Source: Gammaproteobacteria bacterium (GTDB lineage: Bacteria; Pseudomonadota; Gammaproteobacteria; Legionellales; Legionellaceae). Taken from it: 64,000 nt of DNA. The notes under the pieces were generated by a model. That model was not told the DNA's origin, ran no database searches, and saw nothing but the letters and a program-made list of their open reading frames with translations. The translations under genes and the position numbers were made by a program. The first letter of the stretch is position 1, and each line of letters starts with the position of its first letter. This document shows positions 40,142 to 49,504 of the stretch, one piece after another. Location: contig JAHZKF010000010.1 in NCBI GenBank assembly GCA_022600575.1, positions 1,930 through 65,929 of the forward strand, given 5' to 3'.

Positions 40142-41042
40142 AAAAGTTGAAGATATCCAACACTTCGAGCAAAGCTTACGTGATAGCATTCAAACCGCAT
40201 CTATCCCTGCAAAACGCATCCAAGATGCCATGCTCTATACGCTTTTTCCTGGTGGAAAACGCTTACGTCCCCGTTTGGTATATCTTTCTGGTGATTTACT
40301 GAATATCCCTCGTGCAACGTTAGATAGTATTGCTATCTCAATCGAACTCATTCACGCCTATTCATTGGTTCATGACGATCTTCCTGCCATGGACAATGAT
40401 GATATGCGCCGCGGAAAGCCAAGTTGTCATCGTGCTTTTGACGAAGCCACTGCTATTCTGGTTGGGGACGGCTTACAAACCCTTGCCATTGACGTATTAT
40501 TAACCCAACTTCCACATACTTTACCCACACCTAAAGTCCTTGCTGTCACACATGAACTCATTAAAGCATGTGGTCCTGCTGGCATGGTTAGTGGGCAAAG
40601 TTTAGATTTATCTGAACTAACCAATAAACGTGTAACTGAAACCACGCTGTCTCAAATTCATGATTTAAAAACCAGTCAACTCATGCTGGCTTGCATCAAT
40701 ATGGTGCTCGCTGCAAGCGACCCAACACCTGAAACCATACATGCGCTTCGCGCCTTTGCGACACACTTAGGCCTTGCGTTTCAAATGCAAGACGATTATC
40801 TGGATGCATATGGCCCAACAGAGGGTCTTGGGAAAAATCGCGCATCCGATCATGCAAATAATAAATCAACCTTTGCAAGCTGTTACACCGAAAAAACATT
40901 ACAACAAGTTATCCAACTTCATTTTGAAAAAACAGAACGAGCACTCGATTTATTTGAAAACCGTGCAGAACCACTGCGCGATTTATTACATCAGTTGCTT
41001 AAACGCTCTGCTAAACGATTTGTTCCACAAAAACAGTCATAA
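40134..41042 (+). CDS. ispA: farnesyl diphosphate synthase
   Basis: 302 aa. DDxxD motifs LVHDDLPAMDNDDMRRGKP and FQMQDDYLD. xseB-ispA synteny, but no dxs follows. Confidence 0.9.
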   Translation: MARKVEDIQHFEQSLRDSIQTASIPAKRIQDAMLYTLFPGGKRLRPRLVYLSGDLLNIPRATLDSIAISIELIHAYSLVHDDLPAMDNDDMRRGKPSCHRAFDEATAILVGDGLQTLAIDVLLTQLPHTLPTPKVLAVTHELIKACGPAGMVSGQSLDLSELTNKRVTETTLSQIHDLKTSQLMLACINMVLAASDPTPETIHALRAFATHLGLAFQMQDDYLDAYGPTEGLGKNRASDHANNKSTFASCYTEKTLQQVIQLHFEKTERALDLFENRAEPLRDLLHQLLKRSAKRFVPQKQS

Positions 41043-41066
41043 TACCTATAATACTTATAGGTATAT

Positions 41067-41927
41067 TTGTTTAACTTTAAGTCATACTATTTACAATTAG
41101 ATCATATTCCTGTATCATTTGCACAGGTTTATTTCTTGAGAAATCTTGTGTCCGGCTCATCGTATGCTTTTACCAATACAGAAAAAAATCGCTTTAAACT
41201 GATTCAGTTACTTCAGTCCCCTATTACAAAGTCGGAAGGAAACGTATCTAATTTAAGGTCTCAACTCAAACTATCTTTATCCAAAACGTTAGAAGAAGAT
41301 ATAGCAACGCTTAAGCAACTCTACGATCAATTTAATCAGGCTCAAGACACATGGTCTTCAACAAAAGATGCAGATGAAACTGAAGTCGAACGATGCTTTC
41401 ATACACTGCAGGCACATATCGAGCAACAAAACACAAAACATAGACTTGCATGGTTAAAATTGAGTGCAGAACTCATGTTTAAAAATAACCAAGTACAACA
41501 AAAACTAGAAGAAATTGAAACAAAAAAAGAATGGATTGAACCGTGGCTTCAACTCTTTATTCTCGCCACCTCTATCCTTGATCTGATGCTCGGAATCATG
41601 TTGTTTATTGCCCCCCACCTTACACCGCTTATGGCCGAAATCTATCTCATTATTTCCCTTATATCCCTTATCTGCCAAGTTGCTATGTTAGGCGAGCTGA
41701 TTACAACCAATTTCTCATATAGACCACTTAAAAATGACCAGAAAATTTTAAGCGAATCAATACACATCATCAATGACGCCTTCAATTTTTCAGAACAAGA
41801 AAAAGAAAGAGAACTCACTTTACTGTCAACAAGAAAAAAGAAAACAACTCCTTTTTCATTATTTAATACAAACACTTGGTTTACCCAGCCTGAAGAAAGT
41901 AATACTCATACGTCCTCCCCAAGCTAA
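41067..41927 (+). CDS. hypothetical coiled-coil protein with a paired-TM (hairpin) hydrophobic segment
   Basis: 286-aa ORF with no ATG start (TTG 41067, TTG 41136 or GTG 41148 are possible). Central heptad-like region. Two adjacent helices WLQLFILATSILDLMLGIMLFIA / LMAEIYLIISLISLICQVAMLG. Confidence 0.5.
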   Translation: MFNFKSYYLQLDHIPVSFAQVYFLRNLVSGSSYAFTNTEKNRFKLIQLLQSPITKSEGNVSNLRSQLKLSLSKTLEEDIATLKQLYDQFNQAQDTWSSTKDADETEVERCFHTLQAHIEQQNTKHRLAWLKLSAELMFKNNQVQQKLEEIETKKEWIEPWLQLFILATSILDLMLGIMLFIAPHLTPLMAEIYLIISLISLICQVAMLGELITTNFSYRPLKNDQKILSESIHIINDAFNFSEQEKERELTLLSTRKKKTTPFSLFNTNTWFTQPEESNTHTSSPS

Positions 41928-41975
41928 CACCACAAATAAGCCTGGGCTACAACCATCATAAACAAAGCCTCTACA

Positions 41976-42797
41976 TTACGATAGACTGAAACGTTCTGAG
42001 ATTTCAGTACTTGTTTTTTTAAAATCAGATACATGCTCAAGCAATAACTCAAAAGTCCCGCACACCTGAACATATAACCCCATATTGTGAGGTGCTGTTA
42101 CCCCAGAAAAAATAGCCGCTAACATCATTGCAAGCCCTGCACGTTCCCTTGCATTAACACTTGAGCAAGTAAATACTGTTTGTTGAGCCACAGAGAAAAA
42201 ACCTTGTCTATTATTTTGAGTCATCTCAATTTGCGCTTCAGGAGATATAGTTGGCAAACCCTGTACACGCTCTCTCGGATGCGTGACGGCTAAAAAGCCC
42301 CGCAGCATACAATATGCCAATGCCAGATGATAAGAAAAACCACTGACTTCGGTATCATAAAAAGCAAGTCCCAGAATAGAGACATCCAACGTCATGTTTG
42401 AAACCGATACAATCAATTGCTCCGTATTTTTTTTATTTTTCTTCAATAATTCATCATGATACGCTTCAAGTTGCGCACATTGTCCCGCATAAAAAGCATT
42501 TATTTCTTTAGAAAAAACATTCGCTGTCATTTCAGCATTTTCAGAAAGCCAATGCCTCGTCCAATCATACGCGACCAACAACAGTAGACACCCCATCCCT
42601 CTTGCTAATACTTCTATACTGTCTTCTGCTTCATCCGCTTCTGATATCCATGAATCAAAATCTCTCGGAATCATACGACTGAACTGCAGTGCTAAAACAA
42701 ATACGACACCTTGTACCATTAATGTAGGTAATATCTTTTTAAACGTTTCTTGCTGCTTAAAAGGCTCAAGTAACGACTGAATTGTCATCTCATACAT
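41976..42797 (-). CDS. hypothetical membrane-associated protein (273 aa from ATG 42797)
   Basis: ATG at 42797 preceded by GGAG. Several hydrophobic segments. No recognisable domain. Confidence 0.5.
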   Translation of the reverse strand: MYEMTIQSLLEPFKQQETFKKILPTLMVQGVVFVLALQFSRMIPRDFDSWISEADEAEDSIEVLARGMGCLLLLVAYDWTRHWLSENAEMTANVFSKEINAFYAGQCAQLEAYHDELLKKNKKNTEQLIVSVSNMTLDVSILGLAFYDTEVSGFSYHLALAYCMLRGFLAVTHPRERVQGLPTISPEAQIEMTQNNRQGFFSVAQQTVFTCSSVNARERAGLAMMLAAIFSGVTAPHNMGLYVQVCGTFELLLEHVSDFKKTSTEISERFSLS

Positions 42798-42880
42798 CAC
42801 ATACTCCAGAACCAAAAAATGCGCAGTTAAGCAGGTGTAAATTTAAAAAGCAAATTAATTGCTTTAAATCACAAATTTGC

Positions 42881-42910
42881 TTGACAGAGAAACCCCGTCT
42901 CCTTTAGAAT
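42881..42910 (+). promoter_or_regulatory. sigma70 promoter for the tRNA-Ala/tRNA-Glu pair
   Basis: TTGACA (42881-42886), 18-nt spacer, TAGAAT (42905-42910), 15 nt before the tRNA-Ala 5-prime end. Confidence 0.55.
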
Positions 42911-42925
42911 TGCCTTCGCTGTCTC

Positions 42926-43001
<76 letters not shown>

Positions 43002-43002
43002 A

Positions 43003-43023
43003 TATCGACATTTGATGTCGATA
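43003..43023 (+). other. 9-bp hairpin in the tRNA spacer (TATCGACAT-TTG-ATGTCGATA)
   Basis: Inverted repeat read directly between the two tRNAs. Plausible processing structure. Confidence 0.4.
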
Positions 43024-43035
43024 GAAACACACTAG

Positions 43036-43111
43036 GTCCCCATCGTCTAGAGGCCTAGGACACCGCCCTTTCACGGCGGTAACAGGGGTTCGACTCCCCT
43101 TGGGGACGCCA
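43036..43111 (+). tRNA. tRNA-Glu: tRNA-Glu (anticodon UUC)
   Basis: GTCCCCATCGTCTAGAGGCCTAGGACACCGCCCTTTCACGGCGG...GGGGACGCCA, 76 nt. Near-identical in layout to E. coli tRNA-Glu. Confidence 0.95.
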
Positions 43112-43122
43112 TCTTTTGGTTG

Positions 43123-44457
43123 TTATAAACGTTCAAAAATCGTTCGGGTGTTAAATCCAAATAAACGCTCATGCATACGATACGCATATTCGTCTGTCAT
43201 ATTTGCAATAACATCACAAATCACCCTCCGTGCTGATGCTTCATCAGTCGCTGCTGCAAATAGAGCACGATTTTTAACATTCAATAACCCCATTGGATTT
43301 GAACTCATGGCATCAAATAGACGTAATACCACCGTCTGCCCACCATATTCAAATGTTCTAGACTCTTGCGAATCAATCACATGTTCATAAATACAAGCCA
43401 CTAAAGCACCCAGTAATGCTTTTGCTTCGGGCAATAGGTATACATTGTATTTAAGTAAACCTGTTTGAAAGTCTTCGTTTGCAACTTCAATGCGTGTTGA
43501 TGTCACAAAATAATTCACCATTTCACCAATGGCCTGCTTTCGAACAAAAATAACATCATCAAATAAAGCATCTAATAAAGGCAAAGGACGTTCAGCAAGT
43601 GCTGTATCAGCTAATAAAGCACGAAATGTTGGCGTATCCAGTGTCGCACGCCCAATCAAACGAAGCTGAATCGCATCTTCTAAATCATGTACGCCATAAG
43701 CAATATCATCTGCAATATCCATAATAGAGCAATCTAAACTATGATATTTTGAACATCCATGCTCATGTGCAGAAGGCTCTTTTAACACATCTTGAAATAA
43801 CGTTTTATCTGACAGAGGTAAATCTTGGAGTAACCAATCTACTTCTGGCACTTCATTTTCAAAATAAGCTTTAGGTGGAAGCCAATCATTCACTCGTATC
43901 GCTTCATTCTGCATGTTTCTTTCGCGAACTACTGGCATCACTGTAGATACAATACGGGCACGATTAACTGGATACTTTAAAATACCAAGCAATGCACGAC
44001 GCGTTAAATCCAAACCAAACTCACCATAACTATTTTCAAGTTTAGTTAATAAACGAAGCGTTTGGCCATTGCCTTCAAACCCGCCATGATCGCGCATCAT
44101 ATAATTTAGAGCCACCTCACCCCCATGACCAAACGGTGGGTGTCCAATATCATGTAACAAACAAATAACGCTAATTAAATCTTCGTCTGGCAACAGATCC
44201 ATAAACGCTTGATTCGCCGAATTTGTCGCAAGTCTTCGTACCACGCTACACCCAATTGAAGAAACTTCTAGCGAATGTGTTAAACGCGTACGATGAAAAT
44301 CACCTTCATCTGTTCCTAAAATTTGCGTTTTACGTTGCAAGCGCCGAAACGCCGGACAATGAATGACTCGTGTCCTATCACGTTCATAAGGACCACGCCT
44401 ATCCTGCTCCCCTCGCTGATGACTTTTTCCTGAGCGACGTTCAGTCCACATACACAC
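43123..44457 (-). CDS. dgt: dGTPase-like deoxynucleoside triphosphate triphosphohydrolase (HD domain)
   Basis: 444 aa. RTRLTHSLEV and LLHDIGHPPFGHGGE HD motifs. Confidence 0.9.
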   Translation of the reverse strand: MCMWTERRSGKSHQRGEQDRRGPYERDRTRVIHCPAFRRLQRKTQILGTDEGDFHRTRLTHSLEVSSIGCSVVRRLATNSANQAFMDLLPDEDLISVICLLHDIGHPPFGHGGEVALNYMMRDHGGFEGNGQTLRLLTKLENSYGEFGLDLTRRALLGILKYPVNRARIVSTVMPVVRERNMQNEAIRVNDWLPPKAYFENEVPEVDWLLQDLPLSDKTLFQDVLKEPSAHEHGCSKYHSLDCSIMDIADDIAYGVHDLEDAIQLRLIGRATLDTPTFRALLADTALAERPLPLLDALFDDVIFVRKQAIGEMVNYFVTSTRIEVANEDFQTGLLKYNVYLLPEAKALLGALVACIYEHVIDSQESRTFEYGGQTVVLRLFDAMSSNPMGLLNVKNRALFAAATDEASARRVICDVIANMTDEYAYRMHERLFGFNTRTIFERL

Positions 44458-44542
44458 TCCCTAAAATAAATTCGCTTTTTTACTAAAGTTTATTGAACTA
44501 TTGCAGATAACCTCAATAGAAAAATAAAAAAAGGGCACTATC

Positions 44543-45091
44543 ATGAAAATCAATACAATTGGACTTTTAATCTGCAGTTTAAGTTTATCTGCCTGCGGCA
44601 TGATGAAACCAAATGGCGAAGCAAATTATTATTCACCTTACAGCTTTGGTCAATCAGATCACACAGCCACAGCCCCTCTTTACCCTGATGGCTACGATAA
44701 CACCTCTGGCGGTGCTTATACACCAGGCGCTCGCGAAAGCGTTGTTACTGTTCCTGACAGCTATCATGTCAGCACTGAAAGCGCACCAGCATCTTTTAAA
44801 GATCGCGAAAAAACCTGGGTTGGTCGTCAAAGTCCTCAAAACTATACCATTCAGTTAGATGATGATGCAAAAGCATCTGACGTTGCAAGTACACTTCAAA
44901 AAGCACCTAAAGATGCCAGACGAGCTGAAATAAAATATAACCGCGGTGGTGAAAAATACTATCGAGGTGTTTATGGAACTTATAGCAGCTATGAAGCAGC
45001 TCAAAAAGCATTAAACAACTTACCTAGTGATTTAAAATCAAATGCTAAAGTTAAAACTTGGGGAAGCGTACAAAGTAGTGCGGGAGAATAA
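44543..45091 (+). CDS. SPOR-domain lipoprotein
   Basis: 182 aa. Lipobox LSLSAC. C-terminal YTIQL...YYRGVYGTYSSYEAAQKALNNLP matches the SPOR fold pattern. Confidence 0.8.
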   Translation: MKINTIGLLICSLSLSACGMMKPNGEANYYSPYSFGQSDHTATAPLYPDGYDNTSGGAYTPGARESVVTVPDSYHVSTESAPASFKDREKTWVGRQSPQNYTIQLDDDAKASDVASTLQKAPKDARRAEIKYNRGGEKYYRGVYGTYSSYEAAQKALNNLPSDLKSNAKVKTWGSVQSSAGE

Positions 45092-45092
45092 C

Positions 45093-45136
45093 TAAAAAAA
45101 ATGAAGGTGTTTTTTCAAGAGAACAAACACCTTCAT
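45093..45136 (-). terminator. rho-independent terminator of cspA
   Basis: 12-bp stem ATGAAGGTGTTT / AAACACCTTCAT. On the minus strand it is followed by a U8 run (A-run 45094-45101 on plus). Confidence 0.6.
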
Positions 45137-45152
45137 CATTAATCGGACGCGA

Positions 45153-45359
45153 TTAAACCACTTCGACTTCTTCAGCCTGTGGTCCTTTCTGTCCTTTTCC
45201 AGCTTTAAATAAAACGCTTGCCCCTTCGGTCAAGGTTTTAAAGCCAGAGCCCTGAATGGCGCTGAAATGCACGAAATAATCGGTGCCATCACTTTCAATG
45301 AAACCAAAACCTTTGCCTTCATTAAACCACTTTACTGTACCACTAACTTTATCTGTCAT
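45153..45359 (-). CDS. cspA: cold-shock protein, CspA family
   Basis: Start moved to ATG 45359 after [26 protein letters not shown] with RNP1/RNP2 motifs. Confidence 0.93.
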   Translation of the reverse strand: MTDKVSGTVKWFNEGKGFGFIESDGTDYFVHFSAIQGSGFKTLTEGASVLFKAGKGQKGPQAEEVEVV

Positions 45360-45454
45360 TTTTATATCCTCAATGTACACCTGGGTATTCTAACACTTTT
45401 TAGGACCATTTCTACTCAAATCTCTTAAAAAATACAATTTTTTTAATAAAACCA

Positions 45455-45934
45455 TTATAAAACAACAATTATGGTTAATCTAACCAGACCTTGCGTGTCT
45501 GTTTGCTCTGCATTCAGCGTTTTAATCACTATTGTATATCGCTGCCCCATCGACCATAACCACTTTAAAAAATCATTATATGGAACCGAATCAAACGATA
45601 ATTGCAATGCACCATCTGGCATTTGTTGTAATTGATATGGATATTCATGAAACGAAGCCTTGCTAAGCGCCTCAGAAAAAACGGTTAACCCTTTTGACCC
45701 ATCAAGTGCTTCGGGTCCTTTTTTTTGCGGTTTAAAACGTGCTTTAGCCACCTTCATCCAAGCAAGCGTTGCTTTTTTTTCTGTTAGTTCCGTCGTATTG
45801 TCTAGCACTGCTTGCTTTAAAGGGGAATATATCGCATAAGCCAAATACAACAACACCCCCACAACCCCCACACATGCAGCTCGCCTTTCACGCTCATTCA
45901 AACCATCCCAAAAATGAGAAAACCATGCCTTCAT
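45455..45934 (-). CDS. gspM: type II secretion system protein M
   Basis: 159 aa. N-terminal LNERERR followed by a single TM. ATGA overlap with gspL. Confidence 0.7.
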   Translation of the reverse strand: MKAWFSHFWDGLNERERRAACVGVVGVLLYLAYAIYSPLKQAVLDNTTELTEKKATLAWMKVAKARFKPQKKGPEALDGSKGLTVFSEALSKASFHEYPYQLQQMPDGALQLSFDSVPYNDFLKWLWSMGQRYTIVIKTLNAEQTDTQGLVRLTIIVVL

Positions 45935-47109
45935 AATTGAAGCTCCAACGTAGAAACAACTTGATCATCGCGTGTTGAAGCTTCTATTTGCTTCACTGAT
46001 ACTTGCTGTTTTTTTAATTGTTGCTCAAACGCTTCAAGTGCTGCAAAACTGTCCGCAATCAAACTCACCGAAATGCCTTGGTCGCGAAACTGAATATGCT
46101 CTATTTTTAATGGGTGTTGTAAAAACACCTTCGCCAGTTTATTTAATAAGGCCCAAAAAGGTGACGCAACATCAGCAGCATTTGTCTCAAGTAATCGTTC
46201 AATACGAAAACGTGGACTAATCACTTGCGTTGCCTCTGGAAAAAAAGCGTGATAAAGCGTTTTAATTTCACCATCAACCACCTTTTGCTTTGTATGCAAT
46301 TGATGTAATAAAAAAGCGTTGATACTCAGTACACTTAAAAACCAAGCTGTCAGTAACCCACCACACAATCCATACCAATATAAATACCCTCGGCCCTGTG
46401 ATTTTTGTTGAAAATCACCCTGACATACGTTTACAAAGGACGTTTTTAATAAGCGCGTTGCAATAAATAAGCGGTAAGACCCAGCTGTCTCAGAAACATC
46501 AGATAACAAAGGCAAGCTATCATCAAACGAAACCTTCGTTAAATCATCCTTTAAATGTGACTTAATATATTCTGCTGCAATAAAAGGACTTAAAGCACCA
46601 TTAATTGTATCTTCTTCTCCTTGCCCACGAACCAACAAATCCGTATTCGTCGCACACATCTCACCAGGGGCTAATGCAAACCAATCTAAAGTAATCGCAT
46701 CGAATTCAAACTGTAACGTTTCTAAAGCTGTAATCCACGTTCTAAGACGCAATTTATTCAAAGCAACTGCTCGATAATGCAAAACATTATCAGTATCTCG
46801 CTCAAAAGCGACTTGTGTTTCTTGAACGGGCTCTGCAAGCACTTCTTCTAGCGCATAAGGAATCGCTTCGCGTACTTTTCTCATGCTTAATTTGGGAAAG
46901 TTTAAAAAATGAATGCTTGCAACAGATGTCGGCAACACAACGACTGTTCGTGCACCCGCTTGCATCGCGTGAATTTCCTCAGGTGTATGCTCTGACAGCG
47001 CCACATCTATCTCACCGGCATCATCTAAGCGCACCGCCCAAAACAGCTTTGGTAAATCAGCATCTGGCGTATAAGTTGCTGCATCAAAAAATATAAAACA
47101 GGTACTCAC
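45931..47109 (-). CDS. gspL: type II secretion system protein L
   Basis: 392 aa. Cytoplasmic actin-like N-domain, one TM (YWYGLCGGLLTAWFLSVLSINAF), periplasmic C-domain. The GTG start overlaps the mltB stop (GTGA). Confidence 0.75.
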   Translation of the reverse strand: MSTCFIFFDAATYTPDADLPKLFWAVRLDDAGEIDVALSEHTPEEIHAMQAGARTVVVLPTSVASIHFLNFPKLSMRKVREAIPYALEEVLAEPVQETQVAFERDTDNVLHYRAVALNKLRLRTWITALETLQFEFDAITLDWFALAPGEMCATNTDLLVRGQGEEDTINGALSPFIAAEYIKSHLKDDLTKVSFDDSLPLLSDVSETAGSYRLFIATRLLKTSFVNVCQGDFQQKSQGRGYLYWYGLCGGLLTAWFLSVLSINAFLLHQLHTKQKVVDGEIKTLYHAFFPEATQVISPRFRIERLLETNAADVASPFWALLNKLAKVFLQHPLKIEHIQFRDQGISVSLIADSFAALEAFEQQLKKQQVSVKQIEASTRDDQVVSTLELQL

Positions 47110-48119
47110 GTTTCAGATGCCTTAAAACGCTCTTGCAGTTGCTGAGAAAGCAAATGCACCACAAGCGCATACTGCGGACTCGTGTTATAACGCATAATCA
47201 CATAAAAGTTAGGATACGCAAGCCAATAAACACGACCATCATCCTTAATCTGAAGCTCAATCAACCCTGCCTTACTAGGTGGGTTTTTCAACGGCTCTGC
47301 AAGTTTCACGCCTGACTTAAGCAAATGCTGATAAGCATAATTGGCGCGCCTGCTATTCGTTTCTAGCGCGTTATGTGCCTTACCTTTCACAACGGCCGCT
47401 TCAACCACTTCTTCGCCAGGTTTCCAGCCATGGCGTTTAAAATAATTTGCAATACTTGCAATCACATCTTTATTTTCACGCACCAAATCAGGATAACTAT
47501 CAGCATCTTTTTGCTTAAAATCGACCGCATACATGCGATAACTACTTGGCATAAACTGCGGCTGCCCAATCGCACCTGCATAAGACCCTACATATTCTGT
47601 TACCGGTACTTTATGTTCTTTACATAATAATAAATATTCTTCTAGTTCACGTGTAAAATAAGCACTGCGCTTTGGATAATAAAAAGCAAGTGTGCTCAAG
47701 GCATCAAGCACCCTATAAGTTCCTTGTTTTTCACCATAACGGGTCTCAACCCCTAATATGGCAACAATCATAGAGGCCGGCACCCCAAATTTTTTCTCGG
47801 CTCGCGCTAAGCTTTCTTGATTGTCATGCCAAAATTTAACTCCGCCATCCAAACGTTCAGGCGTCAAAAAAATGGCACGATACACATCCCATGTTTTTTT
47901 CTCATAGGGTTGGTTCATCAATTCAACAATACGCGGTTTAAACTCAGATTCTTTAAGTGCTTTTGCAACATCGGCACGTTTAAAGCCGTGTTTGTCTGCC
48001 ATTTTTTGTATAAACAGCTGCGCTGACTTTTTCTTCAGTAATGCCGCATCTGCATGCAATAATCCTGCACATAAAAACACACTTAAAAACACTGCCATCC
48101 GAGCATACATTCGCATCAT
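47106..48119 (-). CDS. mltB: lytic murein transglycosylase B
   Basis: 337 aa with signal peptide. GVETRYG and GAIGQPQFMPSSY motifs of the MltB family. Confidence 0.88.
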   Translation of the reverse strand: MMRMYARMAVFLSVFLCAGLLHADAALLKKKSAQLFIQKMADKHGFKRADVAKALKESEFKPRIVELMNQPYEKKTWDVYRAIFLTPERLDGGVKFWHDNQESLARAEKKFGVPASMIVAILGVETRYGEKQGTYRVLDALSTLAFYYPKRSAYFTRELEEYLLLCKEHKVPVTEYVGSYAGAIGQPQFMPSSYRMYAVDFKQKDADSYPDLVRENKDVIASIANYFKRHGWKPGEEVVEAAVVKGKAHNALETNSRRANYAYQHLLKSGVKLAEPLKNPPSKAGLIELQIKDDGRVYWLAYPNFYVIMRYNTSPQYALVVHLLSQQLQERFKASET

Positions 48120-48210
48120 TCTCTACCCTAAGCTTCATTAAAAGATACAAAAATCAGATAATCGCTTTATTTCAGACATTTTGCAATATTTTTGGTATAT
48201 ATAACAACGC

Positions 48211-48756
48211 TCAAGAATCCTTCATTTCCCTTACGATGACATTCCCATCTGAATTTGAACCCATATAAAAACCACAAGCATGCAGTCCTGCATTACACAG
48301 AAGCCTATCTTCTGATTTTTTAGTCCAGAAGGCACCATAAGGTTTAGGCATTTGAGTGGCTTTTGGAGATAACTTAATCGTTAACCATCCATTCACCTTC
48401 TTACTATCAGATTTTGGCCAGCGATAATAACAAACCAGATTATGATCCTCCCCAATGATAGCTTGCATAAAAGATATTTTTGAGGATACTTCCCACAAAT
48501 GCGTATTCATTTGCCAATATATTTTTTCTGCTTTACACGCTTTACTCTCTCCGCATGACTTTTCTGTCTCAAACACATCTGTATCTAATCGATGTGCTTC
48601 AACAATACTAGGTGGCGGACAATGATATATATTTTTTTCAAGCATGCCTTCTAGTAACGTATCAATTGAGTTGTGATAATAGCGACCAACAAAAACACCT
48701 ATCAGTATAAAAATAATGATGAACATCCCCATTTTCATAACCTTATTTTTAAACAT
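48211..48756 (-). CDS. hypothetical membrane-anchored Cys-rich protein (181 aa from ATG 48756)
   Basis: ATG at 48756 preceded by GAGGAA. N-terminal anchor MGMFIIIFILIGVFVG. Eight Cys. No known domain. Confidence 0.5.
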   Translation of the reverse strand: MFKNKVMKMGMFIIIFILIGVFVGRYYHNSIDTLLEGMLEKNIYHCPPPSIVEAHRLDTDVFETEKSCGESKACKAEKIYWQMNTHLWEVSSKISFMQAIIGEDHNLVCYYRWPKSDSKKVNGWLTIKLSPKATQMPKPYGAFWTKKSEDRLLCNAGLHACGFYMGSNSDGNVIVREMKDS

Positions 48757-48856
48757 ACTTTCCTCGCAGAAATACATTATCAGTCATAACTTATAGCAAA
48801 CAAGTTAGAACATATCAGACACAAACTCAAACCAAATTAAAATTGAACACCACCAA

Positions 48857-49089
48857 AAGTTCAGTAAATACGTTTTACCATCTTTAGCGGTATAATTCAG
48901 TGAAACGCTTTACGCTTTAATAGTAATGCCGCGTTCGCCCTCAATGTCCATAGAATCAAGGACTTGCGCGCTCATTTCACGTGCACTTAAGCCACCACAA
49001 TGTTGGATGAAGCGGTTAGCAAGTGTCGATTTTCCGTGATCGATATGCGCGATAATAGAAAAGTTGTGGATTAAGGTTAGATCAGTCGC
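48857..49089 (-). pseudogene. lepA: decayed fragment of lepA (first 78 codons)
   Basis: Own translation: [77 protein letters not shown]. The start codon is GCG instead of GTG, and TAA replaces Gln60 (48910-48912). Confidence 0.85.
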
Positions 49090-49132
49090 TAATTATATCT
49101 CAATAGCAAGTGCCGTATTTTAGCCTAAATTT
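48857..49132. repeat. left arm of inverted duplication of the lepA 5-prime region
   Basis: The reverse complement aligns with 52672-52949. By hand I count about 9 substitutions plus one 1-nt indel over about 276 nt. Confidence 0.9.
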
Positions 49133-49213
49133 GGTAATTCAGATAGAGGAGCGCTTGAAAAGCATAGAAAGCATGTGTTACTCTTTACATATTACGTAGC
49201 ATGTACTATTTTT

Positions 49214-49492
49214 ATGATACGGTCCTTTAAAAATAAAGAAACACATCAAATTTATGTTGGCGAACGTGTCAAAAAATGGCATGGTTTTATTAAACAAGCA
49301 GAAAGGCGGCTTGAAGTTTTGGATAATGCCACTTGTTTAGAAGATTTAATGCATTTACCAAGTAATCGATTTGAAGCTTTAAATGATGATAGGAAAGGAC
49401 AATATAGTATTAGGATTAATATGCAATGGAGAATTTGTTTTGAGTGGATTAACAATGAACCATGCCATGTTGAGATAGTCGATTATCACTGA
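49214..49492 (+). CDS. higB: HigB toxin (RelE/ParE superfamily, plasmid maintenance system killer)
   Basis: MIRSFKNKETHQIY...QYSIRINMQWRICFEW...VEIVDYH is the typical HigB pattern. Start moved to ATG 49214. Confidence 0.85.
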   Translation: MIRSFKNKETHQIYVGERVKKWHGFIKQAERRLEVLDNATCLEDLMHLPSNRFEALNDDRKGQYSIRINMQWRICFEWINNEPCHVEIVDYH

Positions 49493-49504
49493 GAGGGCGT
49501 TATT

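Noticed and set aside
43100-43390. 96-aa + strand ORF
   Set aside because: It starts inside tRNA-Glu and runs antisense to the well-supported dgt gene, so it is spurious.
48857-49089. Possibility that the lepA-like fragment encodes a functional small GTPase
   Set aside because: The start codon is mutated to GCG, there is an in-frame TAA at codon 60, and it contains only the G1 region with no G3/G4 motifs.
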